In this document: one piece after another, positions 13,630 to 26,600 of the stretch
Layout: each line of letters opens with the position of its first letter
Numbering within the stretch: position 1 is the first letter of the stretch
Assembly (NCBI GenBank): GCA_965645245.1
Contig: OZ287068.1
Span: 124,001 to 188,000 of the forward strand
DNA length: 64,000 nt
Direction: 5' to 3'
From: Massalongia carnosa
Lineage: Eukaryota
Notes under the pieces: generated by a model
Told to the model about the DNA's origin: nothing
Databases searched by the model: none
Seen by the model: only the letters and a program-made list of their open reading frames with translations
Program-made: the position numbers and the translations under genes

Positions 13630-15621
13630 CTTTCTTCTTTGTTTTCGTCTTGTTTATTTAGCATAGCTATTAGCTAGCCATCAAGACCATCATCACCACT
13701 ACTTGAGTAGGCCTTCTATTGCCCACCCGTTACACTCGTCCGACGTCTTGTATAGCAAACCACCTCCTAGCTATAGCCTCATTAATAAAGACATCTTGAT
13801 CATCCAATCCAATTCCTAGGAACATTAGTTCAATTCCCAACCCAGTCCTTGACACGGCCGAAGGCCGGCCCATGCGGGCGAGTCTATCTAGTTTTATAGT
13901 ACATGGAAAACCTTTTGAGGAAGAAAAACCATGCAATCCTGTGTCCGGCCGAGGACCCTCCGGGTCCCAGCCGTGTGCTCCATGAAAAAACCTTTGACCT
14001 AAGACAAGTATGAAAAATAAAACAAAGCATGCCTACTGTTAGCAGTATAGATGCTGTGCTGTCAGCGAAAATTGTGACAACAAACCTGTCTTCATTAGCC
14101 ACTTTGTGACTAATTTCATTGCTTTAGATGACTCAGTGATTAATCGATAGTTGTTTGTGCCTATCGTATTTAGCAGAGTTTTTCTGTAGTCGTTGAGATT
14201 GCAAAACATGATCACATGTTTTGTAGTCTGTTTGTGCCAGCCACATGAGCAGTTCGGGGACGAGACGTCTGGGACTCGGTGTCTATGTAGGAAGGCGGCT
14301 AGGCCTATCTTTTCTGAGCGTATCTGAATGGCTAGCGCGCTCTCCGCTTTGGCTAGAGTTTCGTGCAATTTGATGCGTTTTTTGGAGAGTGAACCTGATT
14401 TTGCCGGGGTGGGAACGGGTGTGCGTTCCTGATATGATCTCCACGAGGCCTGCCATGCAAATGTGTGTAGTTTTTTTATTTGAGCAGTTATTTTGTTATG
14501 AGCGGCGCGTGCCTCCCCTATTTCTGGGGCAGGATTCGGGGGGGATTCGGCCCATGGTGGATTTGGTGTCGGTGTTGGAGGGTTATGTGCCTCCGATGTG
14601 ATTCTCTTGGCCCAGGCGTATTTCAGCGTTCCTGAAGTGATGACTGGGGCCCTCTTACGTCCTGCCCGACCTCGAAGTTTATTGGCTATTTTGTTGCATG
14701 CATTTGTGATGAAACTCTTTTGACCATTTTGACACAGGCGTTGTCTGGTCTGGGCCTGTAGTTGATCAAAATGTATGTCAATTGAGGCTATAAATGTCTC
14801 TGCTTTAAGTACAGCTATTGGCGTTGCTTTGAAGGCTCCGGCTATGTTTCTTAGACATTTGTTTTGTATGACAGCTAGTTTGTTTGAGATGACGTTTGAT
14901 TTTTGAATTTCTTTTGGCATGTGCCAAATGGTGGAGCCGTACGTCATGGCCGGCCGGACTACGGCGGTATAAACCTGGCGTGCCTTTAGAAAAGTGGCGC
15001 CCCATGTGGAGGTGGATATTTTTGTCAATGCCCTAGATTGTTTTGTCATTTTTTCCTGGATTTTCCTTGTGTGAGCACCCCATTTCAATTTTGAATCGAT
15101 TTGAAGTCCTAGAATTCTGATGTCTGTCTTTGGTTTTATGATTTTATTTCCTATTTGAATAACAGTGAACATGTTGAATTTCTTCGGATTTCTTGACAGA
15201 TGTATCAATTCGTATTTCTTCGGAGCGAAGACTGAACCATGTCGACTTGCCCATTTTTCACATTTTTTGTGAATTACCTCTAGCGTCTTGCAATTTTCTT
15301 CGGTGCTTTTTCCGTATGCTAGCACATTGATGTTATCTACGAAGCCTAGAGCACTCGTGTTGCTGCCTGGCCTTTCACATATGTCTAGTAGGTCTGCATT
15401 GTAGAATAGATAAAGAATAGGAGAAATGGGGGAGCCTTGTGGGATTCCGGTTTTTACATCGAATATGCCCGTGACTCGGCTGTGAATCGCCAGGGTAGTG
15501 CTTCTTTCATTCAGAAAACTGTTCACCCAGTCAGTGATCTATTTTGGGATTTTCCTTTTGCGAAGATTGTGAATCAGTCTTCGATGTGTCACTGTATCAT
15601 AGGCTCCTGCTACGTCCATGC

Positions 15622-16106
15622 TGTAATAGGGTAGGCCTAGTATGCGTTCGTTGTACGTAAGACTGGCCTATGTGGCTATGTGGGATACGTACAGCCAAAA
15701 CAACCACCAAGACAATAAGGTCCCGCCTAACCCAGTTAGGCATAGTGTGGGGACTTAACTTATTATAGAGGTGTTTTCGTAGTACACGAAGTATCCCCTC
15801 GTCTCGCCTCACCTCCCCTAGCTCACCTGCCTAGTCTTATCTACCCGTGTCTTTGGGTGTCCGAAGTATTTCGGAGTCCGAAAATACCAGGTAGTATGGG
15901 CAAGGTATGGAAGAAGAGCTTAGGTTATGGATTATCCTATCCTATATAGATCAATGATCAAGCACTTTAAAAGGGTAGCATTTAGTCTACCCTTTGACCC
16001 GACCCTACCTATTTTGTACCTCTATTGTGACCATCACGTTGTATAGCCTCTGTGGATCCCCTCTTCCAGTAGTGAATGCCTGCTGGGAGACGGTCTCCCC
16101 GTTTCA
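15622..16106. mobile_element. Solo LTR (485 bp) in LINE ORF2
   Basis: TG...CA ends. TSD catgc at 15617-15621 and 16107-16111. Removal rejoins LINE RT (LLSM-DVAGAYD). Confidence 0.92.
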
Positions 16107-17885
16107 CATGCTCAATAATGTGGCTACTTTGTCTGTGCCTTGGCCCCAAACTCTATAAATTTGTTTAGTCAACAATTCTAGTGCAGATTCGCTTGATCTT
16201 CCTCGTCTGGCGCCCATCTGGGTGTCGGGCAGGAGTCGGTGGGTTTCCGCTAGATGGGTTATTTTTTGTGACTTGATGGATTCCATTACTTTTCCAAGCG
16301 TGTTTAGGAGTGCTATGGGTCGATAGGCGTTCGGGGCCGAATAGTCATCCTTGCCTGTTTTCTTGAGCGTGATTGTGTTGGTGGTTTTAAATGCACGAGG
16401 ATGATATGCTTGTTCTACAGATGCTTGAAATAGTGGGGTGAGTAATTTGACTAGCTTTTCCGAGCATGCCTTTACATTTCTGTTGGCTATTCCGTCCGGA
16501 CCCGGGGCCGTATCGGGCTTGAGTCGGCGTATGGCTTTCATCACCTCTAGTTTGGTTATGATCATTGGACATTATGGCGGGCTGGGGTAAAATGAACCCT
16601 CTATGCCGCTGAGGTCGGCCGGAGGGGCGGGTAGAAAGAATTTCTGTTTTAGCATGTCCGATTTTTCCTCGAACGTCTCTGCTACTTGGTCGTCTCGAAC
16701 GAGATTGGGCATTTTGGGAATTTCTCTTGTCTGGTCACTTTTGTCTTTCGCCCATTTGGCTAGTCGCCAGAGACCAGTAGGCGATTCGGTGGCTTTTTCT
16801 ATTTCCTTGCGGAACGACAGTCTTTTAGCCTTTTGAATGATTTTTTGTTTTCTGTTATTGGATTTTGTGTATGTTATCCAATCAGAAATGTCTCTGGAAT
16901 TGGACCAGACACGTCTGAGCCTACGAGTTTCTTTCGTGATCACACTGCATTCATCTATTCCAAAAGGGTTTGGCGTACTTACTGGGTCAAGCCCAAGGTA
17001 CAGAGGTTTCTATCACTTCTTGAAGAAATTTTTGAATTGACACGGTGTAAGCATCGATTTCGGCGGGGGATCGGGGGGTCTTCGGGGGGGGCGCCGTCTT
17101 TTCCGCTTCTCTCAGTTTTCTCATGTTCGTCAGTTTCCAGGCCCTGCGTTCTCTGATTGTTTGAACCTCACTGTTCAGCGCAATTCGGGTGGAGATCGGA
17201 ATGTGATCGGACGACTGATTGAGTTCCGGTCTTGACATGCAATGTTCTAGTCTATCCATTAATTCCTCTGACATGAATACAAGATCGATTATGCTAGACG
17301 ATTGTCTAGCCTCCTATGTAATGGTGCCTTTTGGAAGTGTTAGTGATAGATTTGCCTCTTCAATTATGTTCAGTAATTGTTCCGACTCCGCATGTTGAGT
17401 AGGCCTCGACGAATGATTCCACAATGGATGATGTAGGTTGAAGTCGCCCAGTAAAATGTGTTTTGTCTCTGCAATTAATTGGCGTTTCACTGTTGCTAGC
17501 GTGGACGGACTGTCTATAGAAGAATAGGAAATGGGAGAGGGATTATACACATTGTGGACGTGGATTACGTCTGATGTGTTTCCAATTTTCATTCGAATTT
17601 TTAGGGTGCACATGTCGGCCGACGGATACTCTACTTCCCAGCTATCAGGGTCAATAGTATCATTTATGTAGAAACACACTCTGGTGTCTCCATTTGGGCG
17701 ATATAATAAATGAAACCCACTTTTATGAGAGCTTAACGTGGTAGGAATAGATGGATTGCGCCAGGGTTCCTGAATTGCGATAATGTCATAGTCTTGAGTG
17801 TTCGGATCAGCTAAGAGGGGTAACATTGTACTCACTTTTTCATTTCTGACATTGTACTGCAATATGGAGAGAGATTTCGTGTCCC

Positions 17886-19373
17886 TCATAGGACGTCCAT
17901 TGATTCGGCCTGGGAGGTCGAGGGGTCGTTGGTGGTGTTGTTTGCTCTGATTATCGCCGGGGCAGTAGATAAAGCTCGGGGTCTGAGTGGGGGTCTACCT
18001 ACAACTGGTTTTACAAGGGCCTTTGTCATGTTTTCTGGATTCATGATGCCCGTGTCAGCCCAGGATGTTCCCGTTCGTGGGGGATTCGGGGGGGTATCGG
18101 AGGGGGGTACGGTTTTCTTCTTTTTGCTGTTTGTGCTGCCAAGGACCGGGTTGATGTTTTTGCTCTGGAACCTGAACGGGGCCGGTACGGGGGCGACTAC
18201 TGGGTAGAATGGGACCCGTTTTTGCATGGCCCTCTCTGCTTTGCGTTTTTCGACTTTCCTGATTTCGCAGGATGTTGACCAGGCTTCGTGTCCCTTTTCA
18301 CTGCATGCAGCACATCTTCGATATCTACCTGTTGTTTCCATGTTGCATTCGTTGCTAGGGTGAGCCCCAGCACAGTGACCGCAGGCGGTGGGATTAGGAC
18401 ATGATCGACCTATATGACCATATTTGTGACAATTAAAACATTGCGTCATGGTGTATCCCTTTGTGAATCTTTCACAGTCTTTGATTTCATAGTCGATTAT
18501 GAGACCCTCGGCTATGACCCGATTGGCCGTTTCGGCGGTGGCGACTTCCATATGTAGCGTGGAGAACGCCTTCTTTTCCCTTATAGCCCTGGTGGACCAG
18601 GCTATTTTATTTATCTGCAGGTCCGGGTGCAGGCGTGCGTTAGCAGTCTGCAGGTACCCTATGGCCTGCGATTGGTTGGCGGTTTTGATGTGTTCCATCT
18701 TGACACAATTTACTCTGACCGAGTATGTCCGTGTCTTAATCGCCGCCGAGTCGGCTATTTTTCGGGTCCATTCCGTCTTTTCTTGTAGAGTCTTTTTGAC
18801 TTCTAGTGATTCCGTGTAAATTTTGAGATCTCCGCTTATGAGTCGCGAAACTCCCCGAATCCCCTCCGTTTCTGCTTGTAGTGTCTCCACGAGATCTTTT
18901 GTGGGCATGTTCTTTATTTTTTCCTTGTCGCTTGCGCTGGAAATGACTACGGTCATTGCTCTGGCCTGACGAACTTCTTGTGGTGAGGGTTCGGTTTGTT
19001 TTGAAGAAGTGATTGGCTTGGTGCGGCGGGGAATCGGGGGGGCCTCGGAGGCTTGACCTCTGGTGGCGGCTGCGGAATAGCTATTTGGGGTTGTTGTGGC
19101 TGTCTTAGCACTTTCGATACGGGCTAGACTTCTTTGTATTTCAGTCAGGGTGTCGTGAATGGGCTTCGGTATGTTTTCGTTGTTGTTGTCGATGCTTCTC
19201 TGATTATCGAGAAAAATTTTCACCTCCTCTAGAATCCCTGTTCCCTCCGGTTCCCCTCCGTCTCCTATACCTATCAGATAGTCATCTATCTTGTACAGCA
19301 GTTGATCTCTCTGCTCCGCGTGCGCGATCACGAACGTGTTTTCGAGTTGAATGTTCATCGCGTCCTCGATCAC
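17886..19373 (-). CDS. LINE ORF1 (gag-like, three zinc knuckles)
   Basis: CFNCHKYGHIGRSC, CGHCAGAHPSNEC, CAACSEKGHEAWSTSC. Open frame. Stop overlaps the ORF2 start (ATGA). Exact start codon uncertain. Confidence 0.88.
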   Translation of the reverse strand: MIEDAMNIQLENTFVIAHAEQRDQLLYKIDDYLIGIGDGGEPEGTGILEEVKIFLDNQRSIDNNNENIPKPIHDTLTEIQRSLARIESAKTATTTPNSYSAAATRGQASEAPPIPRRTKPITSSKQTEPSPQEVRQARAMTVVISSASDKEKIKNMPTKDLVETLQAETEGIRGVSRLISGDLKIYTESLEVKKTLQEKTEWTRKIADSAAIKTRTYSVRVNCVKMEHIKTANQSQAIGYLQTANARLHPDLQINKIAWSTRAIREKKAFSTLHMEVATAETANRVIAEGLIIDYEIKDCERFTKGYTMTQCFNCHKYGHIGRSCPNPTACGHCAGAHPSNECNMETTGRYRRCAACSEKGHEAWSTSCEIRKVEKRKAERAMQKRVPFYPVVAPVPAPFRFQSKNINPVLGSTNSKKKKTVPPSDTPPNPPRTGTSWADTGIMNPENMTKALVKPVVGRPPLRPRALSTAPAIIRANNTTNDPSTSQAESMDVL

Positions 19374-19569
19374 GATTGCGACAATGATTATGATGTAGCC
19401 GTCGATGATGATAGAACTAGGGAAATTCCTAGGAAATGGAAACTCTCGAGTAGTGAGCCCGTACCTGCCCGAAAGATTCTCTTCAAGTCTAGAATCTCAA
19501 GAATTACAATCAATCGTGCTATTATACCTACACGTGAATTTTACTTTTCATCAGACTGCTCATAATTCC

Positions 19570-20050
19570 TCTCTCTGCCCTGTCCTCGCCCTCGCCCCCG
19601 TCCTCGACCTCGCCTCGGAGGCCCATTCAACATCTCCTCGACATCTTCGAACCCTGATAACCCCCGTTGAGTAGAGTTATCAGCCTTGTTGCGAATGCCA
19701 AGCCAGCTAGATCATATCTGACGTAATATGCGAATGCCCTCGCGTATTTTACTGATATGGGAATAGTTACATCTGAGATTTCTGGTATCTTCGATGCTTA
19801 GAAATTCAGGTCTATAGACGTTCGAGGAGAATCTCGAATGTTCTGTTATCAACATGTATATAACATCATTCCTACGCATAGCTTAGAGATCAGTCGCAAT
19901 AATCTGAATTTTTTCATTCATAGAAGTTCTGTACTATCCAGAGACTTCTGGCACTCTGCCACCTATTTTCTGTGCATTAGGTCCATCATTCTCCATCCAT
20001 ACCTCCTATTTTAAACAAGCCTTTCGTTGCTCTTTCCGATTGTAAACGCA
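19570..20050 (-). pseudogene. Possible Mutator-like transposase C-terminal remnant
   Basis: Minus-strand peptide NKADNSTQRGLSGFEDVEE followed by an RG-rich stretch resembles C-termini I associate with fungal MULE transposases. Heavily degraded. Confidence 0.25.
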
Positions 20051-20649
20051 TTGCGATTGTAGGACGCCCTATGAAATGCATGCAGGTATGAGTACAGAAA
20101 TTTTCGAAGTTCCAGCTCCGGAATGGATAAACTACCCAATCGGGTTAGCTTACTTTGGGGTGTTAACCTAGAGAATTAGGGTGTCAAGGTAGTGAAAAGG
20201 GGTGTCCCGGTATTAGTTCCCTTTTGCAAACGGAGTGTATCCTTATCCGGCTCCGCCAATTGTTGATTCACGGATTTTCTGACTATACCCCTTTCAACAG
20301 CTCTTGAGTATTTCTCAGTGTCTTTCTGATGTATCCTAGGTTTTTCTTAATATATGTTATCCCTTTTACTAGCGCTTGCTTTTCCATTCTGGCTTGTATC
20401 GCTCTCAAGGTATTGCACAAGCCTGCTCATGGAGTTGAAATACTTGGGCTGCTTGTTTGTATAATATCTCTGAATCCGGGTGGGTTCCGGACGAATATAA
20501 ACTGTGAGCTAGACGTTGACATTACTGTCTGGCAATTAATTGCACATCTGCATACCAATCTCGTCGATAGAGCTCATAACTAAGCAGCCATGATATTATA
20601 CGCTACAATGACTGTTTTGGAAACCAAAGTGAGAAAATGCAAAGAAGCT

Positions 20650-23600
20650 TTATTTCTGAAAACTCCAGATGTCGGGAACTAACACTAGGAGATTCAAAAG
20701 AGCAAGAAGGTATAACGACAAAGAAAACGCATTTTGGAGGTCACCTGGGTGCCCACAGAGCCACTTGATAAAAAATATTGAAGGTCCAATTTGAGTCAAA
20801 AATAATGCAACCATCAGTTTCCAGAATGCCCATCCGGGTAAAGCATGCATGCCATATCCTAACACGCCATATCCCTCATCCAATCTGCCATTTATTTTTT
20901 TTGGTATGCGTCTAATAATATCTTCAATATCTTGAGGGCAGCAGCCGCCAGGATTGTGAAAGCTGTGCATTAAGCTCTTCTCTAGGGTTTTGATAAATTG
21001 TTCTCGAGGATCTTTGTATGAGTATGCATAATCGCTGTTCGTTTTTGAGCATGGTAAATCTTCTTTGCCACAAGCAATGAAATCTCCGCTACGATTTATC
21101 CGCTCAAACTGTGAGATATTAGGATTAAAGATTTAAATCAGGTGAGGTGACACCTTACAACAACAAATTTAACACCATAGCAGGCGGTTAGGGAAACCCA
21201 TCGTCGAAAGCCGCGAGTAGTGTCATATGCAGATTTGAGTTTGGGGACGAGGTTTACATCATAAGGAGCTAATATTGAGATATGATTGAGCATAGTCTCG
21301 TATCTCCTAACATCGACACACCAGTGAATATATTGATCAGAATGCAGAGAATGTTGTGCAGCACCGCTATTGTTACCTGGATTCAAGACAGTTGGAGACC
21401 TTTGGACCGTCCGACTTGAAGATAGTGTCGTGGTTTGAGTTTGAGTAGAAATACTAGAGGACGAGGCGATAAGTGAATTATTGTGTAGGGGGAGAATAGG
21501 CTGATTTGTTGAAGTCGATGCAGCGGATGAGCATATTTTCTGATACTCTTTCGCCACCTCATCAGGAATATCGACTGAGAGCTCGACTCCACAGGCCTGA
21601 ATATGAAAAAATCAGCTGGGCGAAATTCATGTCTAGAGCTGACAATTATCTGAAATATATCACACGGCTTTCAAAGTCTTTGTAATAGCTTCAACGAATC
21701 AACTTACACATGACCAAGATATCCTCGTAAAGCCATTTGGGCATCGGGCTCTCGTTGGTTGTAGTGGCCACCAAATGATTGGGTTTCGGATCCACTTCTC
21801 TATGATATTTTTAATCCGATCTAAAAATCCAGGATGGGTAGTCATTGTCCAAGGTGTAAATTTGACGACCCGATTGTTATCGGTGGCATAGCTAACCGTG
21901 GAAGCAGATATATTGCTAGGGACCTCATGATCTGGGTGCACAAACTGATCCAGGTGCTGTCGAAGACTATTGAAAGCGTTACTTTGAACCATAAACTGCT
22001 TGACTTCAGTGAAAGACGGGAGGCTGTTTGAAAAATCGTCTGCCGATTTATAACTGTCTGAACTTTGATCATTAACAACATCACTGTCGGAAGCTGTTTC
22101 TTTTGACAAATAACGGGCGTCAGATCTGTCCCTCGGAACAAGAGGACTTTTCATCTCCCTTGTTTTTTTGCTCCTAGCAGCAAAGCCGCTCAAATAACGA
22201 TCAAGCATCATGAGCTTCGCGGGCTCAGAACCGTGCATTTTCAACTGTTCAATGCGTTTTGAATATTCAATATCTTCTAACCGCTCAAGCAAGAGCGTCA
22301 TCACCTCTTTCCCATTCCCGAAATTTCCCGCCGCTGCCTTCACCACCTCTTCCGTAATCATCACATCTGCCCCGCGCTGCTCAAGCAAGAGCGTCATCAC
22401 CTCTTTCCCATTTTCCTCATTTCCCGCCGCTGCCTTCACCACCTCTTCCGTAATCATCACATCTGCCCCGCGCTGCTCAAGCAAGAGCGTCATCACCTCT
22501 TTCCCAAACATCCTTGCAATTGTCTTCACCACCTCTTCCGTAATCATCACATCTGCCCCGCGCTGCTCAAGTAAGAGCGTCATCACCTCTTTCCCATTTT
22601 CCTCATTTCCCGCCGCTGCCTTCACCACCTCTTCCGTAATCATCACATCTGCCCCGCGCTGCTCAAGCAAGAGCGTCATCACCTCTTTCCCATTTTCCTC
22701 ATTTCCCGCCGCTGCCTTCACCACCTCTTCCGTAATCATCACATCTGCCCCGCGCTGCTCAAGCAAGAGCGTCATCACCTCTTTCCCATTTTCCTCATTT
22801 CCCGCCGCTGCCTTCACCACCTCTTCCGTAATCATCACATCTGCCCCGCGCTGCTCAAGCAAGAGCGTCATCACCTCTTTCCCATTTTCCTCATTTCCCG
22901 CCGCTGCCTTCACCACCTCTTCCGTAATCATCACATCTGCCTCGCGCTGCTCAAGCAAGAGCATCATCACCTCTTTCCCAAACATCCTTGCAATTGTCTT
23001 CACCACCTCTTCCGTAATCATCACATCTGCCCCGCGCTGCTCAAGCAAGAGCGTCATCACCTCTTTCCCATTCCAGGAAATTCCCGCCGCTGCCTTCACC
23101 ACCTCTTCCGTAATCATCACATCTGCCCCGCGCTGCTCAAGCAAGAGCGTCATCACCTCTTTCCCATTCCAGGCATTTCCCGCCGCTGCCTTCACCACCT
23201 CTTCCGTAATCATCACATCTGCCCCGCGCTGCTCAAGCAAGAGCGTCATCACCTCTTTCCCATTCCAGGCATTTCCCGCCGCTGCCTTCACCACCTCTTC
23301 CGTAATCATCACATCTGCCCCGCGCTGCTCAAGCAAGAGCGTCATCACCTCTTTCCCATTCCCGAAATTTCTCGCCGCTGCCTTCACCACCTCTTCCGTA
23401 ATCATCACATCTGCCCCGCGCTGCTCAAGCAAGAGCGTCATCACCTCTTTCCCAAACATCCTTGCAATTGTCTTCACCACCTCTTCCGTAATCATCACAT
23501 CTGCCCCGCGCTGCTCAAGCAAGAGCGTCATCACCTCTTTCCCATTTTCCTCATTTCCCGCCGCTGCCTTCACCACCTCTTCCGTAATCATCACATCTGC

Positions 23601-26600
23601 CCCGCGCTGCTCAAGCAAGAGCGTCATCACCTCTTTCCCATTTTCCTCATTTCCCGCCGCTGCCTTCACCACCTCTTCCGTAATCATCACATCTGCCCCG
23701 CGCTGCTCAAGCAAGAGCGTCATCACCTCTTTCCCCTTCCAGGAATTTCCCGCCCCTGCCTTCACCACCTCTTCTGATATTATCGTAAGCTTATTTTTCA
23801 GCAAGATCGAAACTACATCACAACTACCATATTTAACAGCAATTTCCAAAGGTGTCCGACTCTGAGTGTTCACTATGTTGTCTCCGAAATTTGCCCGGAT
23901 TCTAGCAATTTCCTGCAAATCAAAACAGGAGGCAACAAAGAGAGCTCTGCCCTCTTTAGCGCTAGTGTCTTTAAATTTATCCCTTAGTTCACTTTCAATC
24001 GAGTAATCGTAAAGCCGTTCCTTAATCAGGCTAGCCCATACAGCAATAGCGGATCCTGAGTCCGATTCGTTGGAGAGAAAATGACAAAGGAGGTCGTTAA
24101 GCACATCGGCAGTCCTTTGTTTAGCAGCTAGCTGACTATGCGGAGCCCAGTAGACATTCGAGTAGTGTCTAAGGTCATGTGAAAGAGTTGAGTATAATGA
24201 ATCTTGTCCGTATTTAGAAAGAAGTCTTTTTGTTGTTGGGTTGTCGGCAGCACTTAGTACGTCTAAGAGACATGTCTCAGCAGCCAGGGCGTTTGTCGCT
24301 TCTCTAGTATATTCTGGCCGCTTCTCCAAAAATTCTCTCACCGACAGATGGGCAAATCGAAACGTATCGAGTGTTGAATCGAAAACAACCATGTTAGAGC
24401 ACATCTCCAAAATATGCTCTTTCGTCAGCTGGCTGAACTGTCGCCGTGGGGTCGTTGAAATTGCCGCGAGAAATTCTCTAGATGTCAGCTTTCTCTGGGT
24501 GCAGAGGAGCCAGCTGAAAGCCTTGATAGTCACTTCGCGATCGGCGTTTGCTGAGGTTTTGGTCAACTTCTCGTATAGCTCAAGATAAAGGTCTTCCAGC
24601 TTTGGTGGCAGTTGCCCGAGCCTTTCCCGAATAGCTTCATCAGTCCGAGCGCTGCATAAGCTTTGCAGTTGGAGGCTAGCCCACCGGAACCTGGTGATCA
24701 CATTAGTGGGGCATAAACATGGCTCGCATTGCTGGACAGTACTGACATTCCATCAGCGTTTTTTATGACCTGTTCAATAATCTCTATCTTCAACTTCTCC
24801 TTGTTGGTGCTTAAAGCTAGTAGCTTCTTCCTCTTGATAAGGTTGTAGGTCTCAGCGGTAATAAACGACGAGATATCATCCTTGTTCATTTCAGATGAGA
24901 GCTCAAGATTAGGGTAGTCTCGCAAATACAAAACAATATCTTGATCATCTCGACTCGACACAAAGATCTTCACCAAGCTTGAGGACTCTTGAAGAATTGA
25001 TTCTAAGGTTTCCAAAAGAACTGTCCGTCTCTCTGGGTCGCACTCGTCAAGCGCATCGATCACAATGGTTGTTAATGGATAATACTCGGCAAGCTGGAGG
25101 ATTAGTAGACGACTCTCACCTATACCTAATGATTCCGAGGCGAATCCCTCCATCTCTCGTTTCTTGTAGGCTGCCACCGTTGGAGGGAGTAGAGGGTGTC
25201 CCGGCTGAAGACTAGACAATTGCCGTGCGATAGTGGCTACGATTGCATCAGGGTTTGAACGCGCAGGTTCAGCGGTGTTTCGTGAACAGTAGAAAAAGAC
25301 TGGAGCTGGGCTTTGGCCATTATCGAAGGCTTTTTTGGCATCTTCAATCACAATAGATCTATGTTAACCGTAAGCATTTATCTTTCCGAGATAGCTGTAC
25401 AGTACTCACACCAGCTTGCTCTTCCCAGAACCTGGAATCCCATGAAGCCACAAGATAGAAGATACACTTTCTTTCTTCCACCTGTTGAAAACTGGATCCG
25501 AAAGCAGCCATTGTCCAGTACCCTGTAACACTTCTTCCTTGGTCTGATTATGATGTTGCCTATATGGTTCGGGGGACATCCAGTCTAGAATCTTATTTCT
25601 CTTTGATACTAAGGCTCATGAGTTGAGGCTCTGATGTTGATTTTAACAACTTACACTCAAAACCATCTTTAATTTTTACTAAATCCGCACTCATTCGTTT
25701 TGTTGGGCCATCGATATACTCGAGAAGTTTTTTCAAGTCCATGCGTTGATTTATTTGTTCTAGGTTCATTAGTAAAGAATTCAGAAAATAGAAGTCCTAT
25801 CGAGCAAGCTTACCTTGCATTCCAACCACACAGGAACAACGATCAACGGTCTCTTGAGCGGTAGCAATGGCACCAAAGAATGACTCAATGTCTGACTTTG
25901 CCAGAAGTCCGCTCTTCAATCTAGGCACTGTAAATGCCATCAATATATATTCTGTTATTGAAATGCCAAACTAACTTGTGGAGTCCTGTTCAAAGTAGCT
26001 CTTCACCTTCGATAAATAGATCATAATCGCTGCATAAAACCTAACTAGAGCTCTCCGAAGTTCATCAGCAGTAGCAGCGAATGGGTACTGCAGGTAGACG
26101 TCCTCGAATACAGCATATCGACAAATGATTTCCCCAATCGAAGCCCCACTTTCGACCACGAAAGCGAATTTATCGGAATCATTGACGGCAATCTATAGAG
26201 GTTTTAGTAATATCTTTCGCTATTTTCAACATCACAAACCTGCAGGAGAAATCGAATACCAGCCCAAGGAAGCGCAGCATGAACCGGATCATACTGAACA
26301 GCAATTTCCCCGACTTGCTTAAAAAGATCAATCCACTTGACGATCTTGCCAAATAGGTCCACGAAGATGACCGTCTCTCCGCTCGTTCTCGTGTATCGCC
26401 ATTTTTTCTTGATACACTCTTGCTTTGCCTTCTTGGTAACTTGGTGTAGATCAGACAAGATGTCAAGCTTGTTGGAGCGGTCAAAGTCTATGTTTTTTTG
26501 GTCTTCCTTACTCATCTCAGCCTTCGCACTTGCCCAAAGGTCATTTCTTCAGCAAAGGCGCAAAGTCAGCAGAGCCTTGTCGCAAACGAGGGTTAGGTGT

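Larger units (their letters stand above)
2407..13734 (+). mobile_element. Ty3/Gypsy chromovirus 1 (3' LTR split by a Copia insertion)
   Basis: 5' LTR 2407-2695 (TG...CA, 289 bp). 3' LTR 8003-8191 plus 13635-13734. Purine tract gaaggagggag before 8003. gag, PR, RT, RNase H, IN and chromodomain present. Flanks do not form a clean TSD. Confidence 0.95.
13851..19510 (-). mobile_element. Near full-length Tad1-like LINE, ORF2 decayed and interrupted by a solo LTR
   Basis: ORF1 17886-19373. ORF2 pieces: APE 17314-17889 (IIAIQEPW, GDFNLHH), SDHIPI, RT 16104-16565 and 14039-15526 (GIPQGSP). 3' stem-loop at 13851-13878. No (aatc)n tail or TSD found; both ends approximate. Confidence 0.9.

Noticed and set aside
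19380..19510. Ribozyme at the 5' end of the long LINE
   Set aside because: I could not build a P1-P4 HDV-like arrangement by eye.
22280..23781. CRISPR-like appearance (constant repeat plus short variable segment)
   Set aside because: In-frame coding repeats in a spliced eukaryotic gene; the variable parts are a few codons and recur; no cas genes.
22210..23865. 551-aa plus-strand repetitive ORF
   Set aside because: Antisense shadow of the NLR repeat array; one stop-free unit repeated gives a long ORF automatically.
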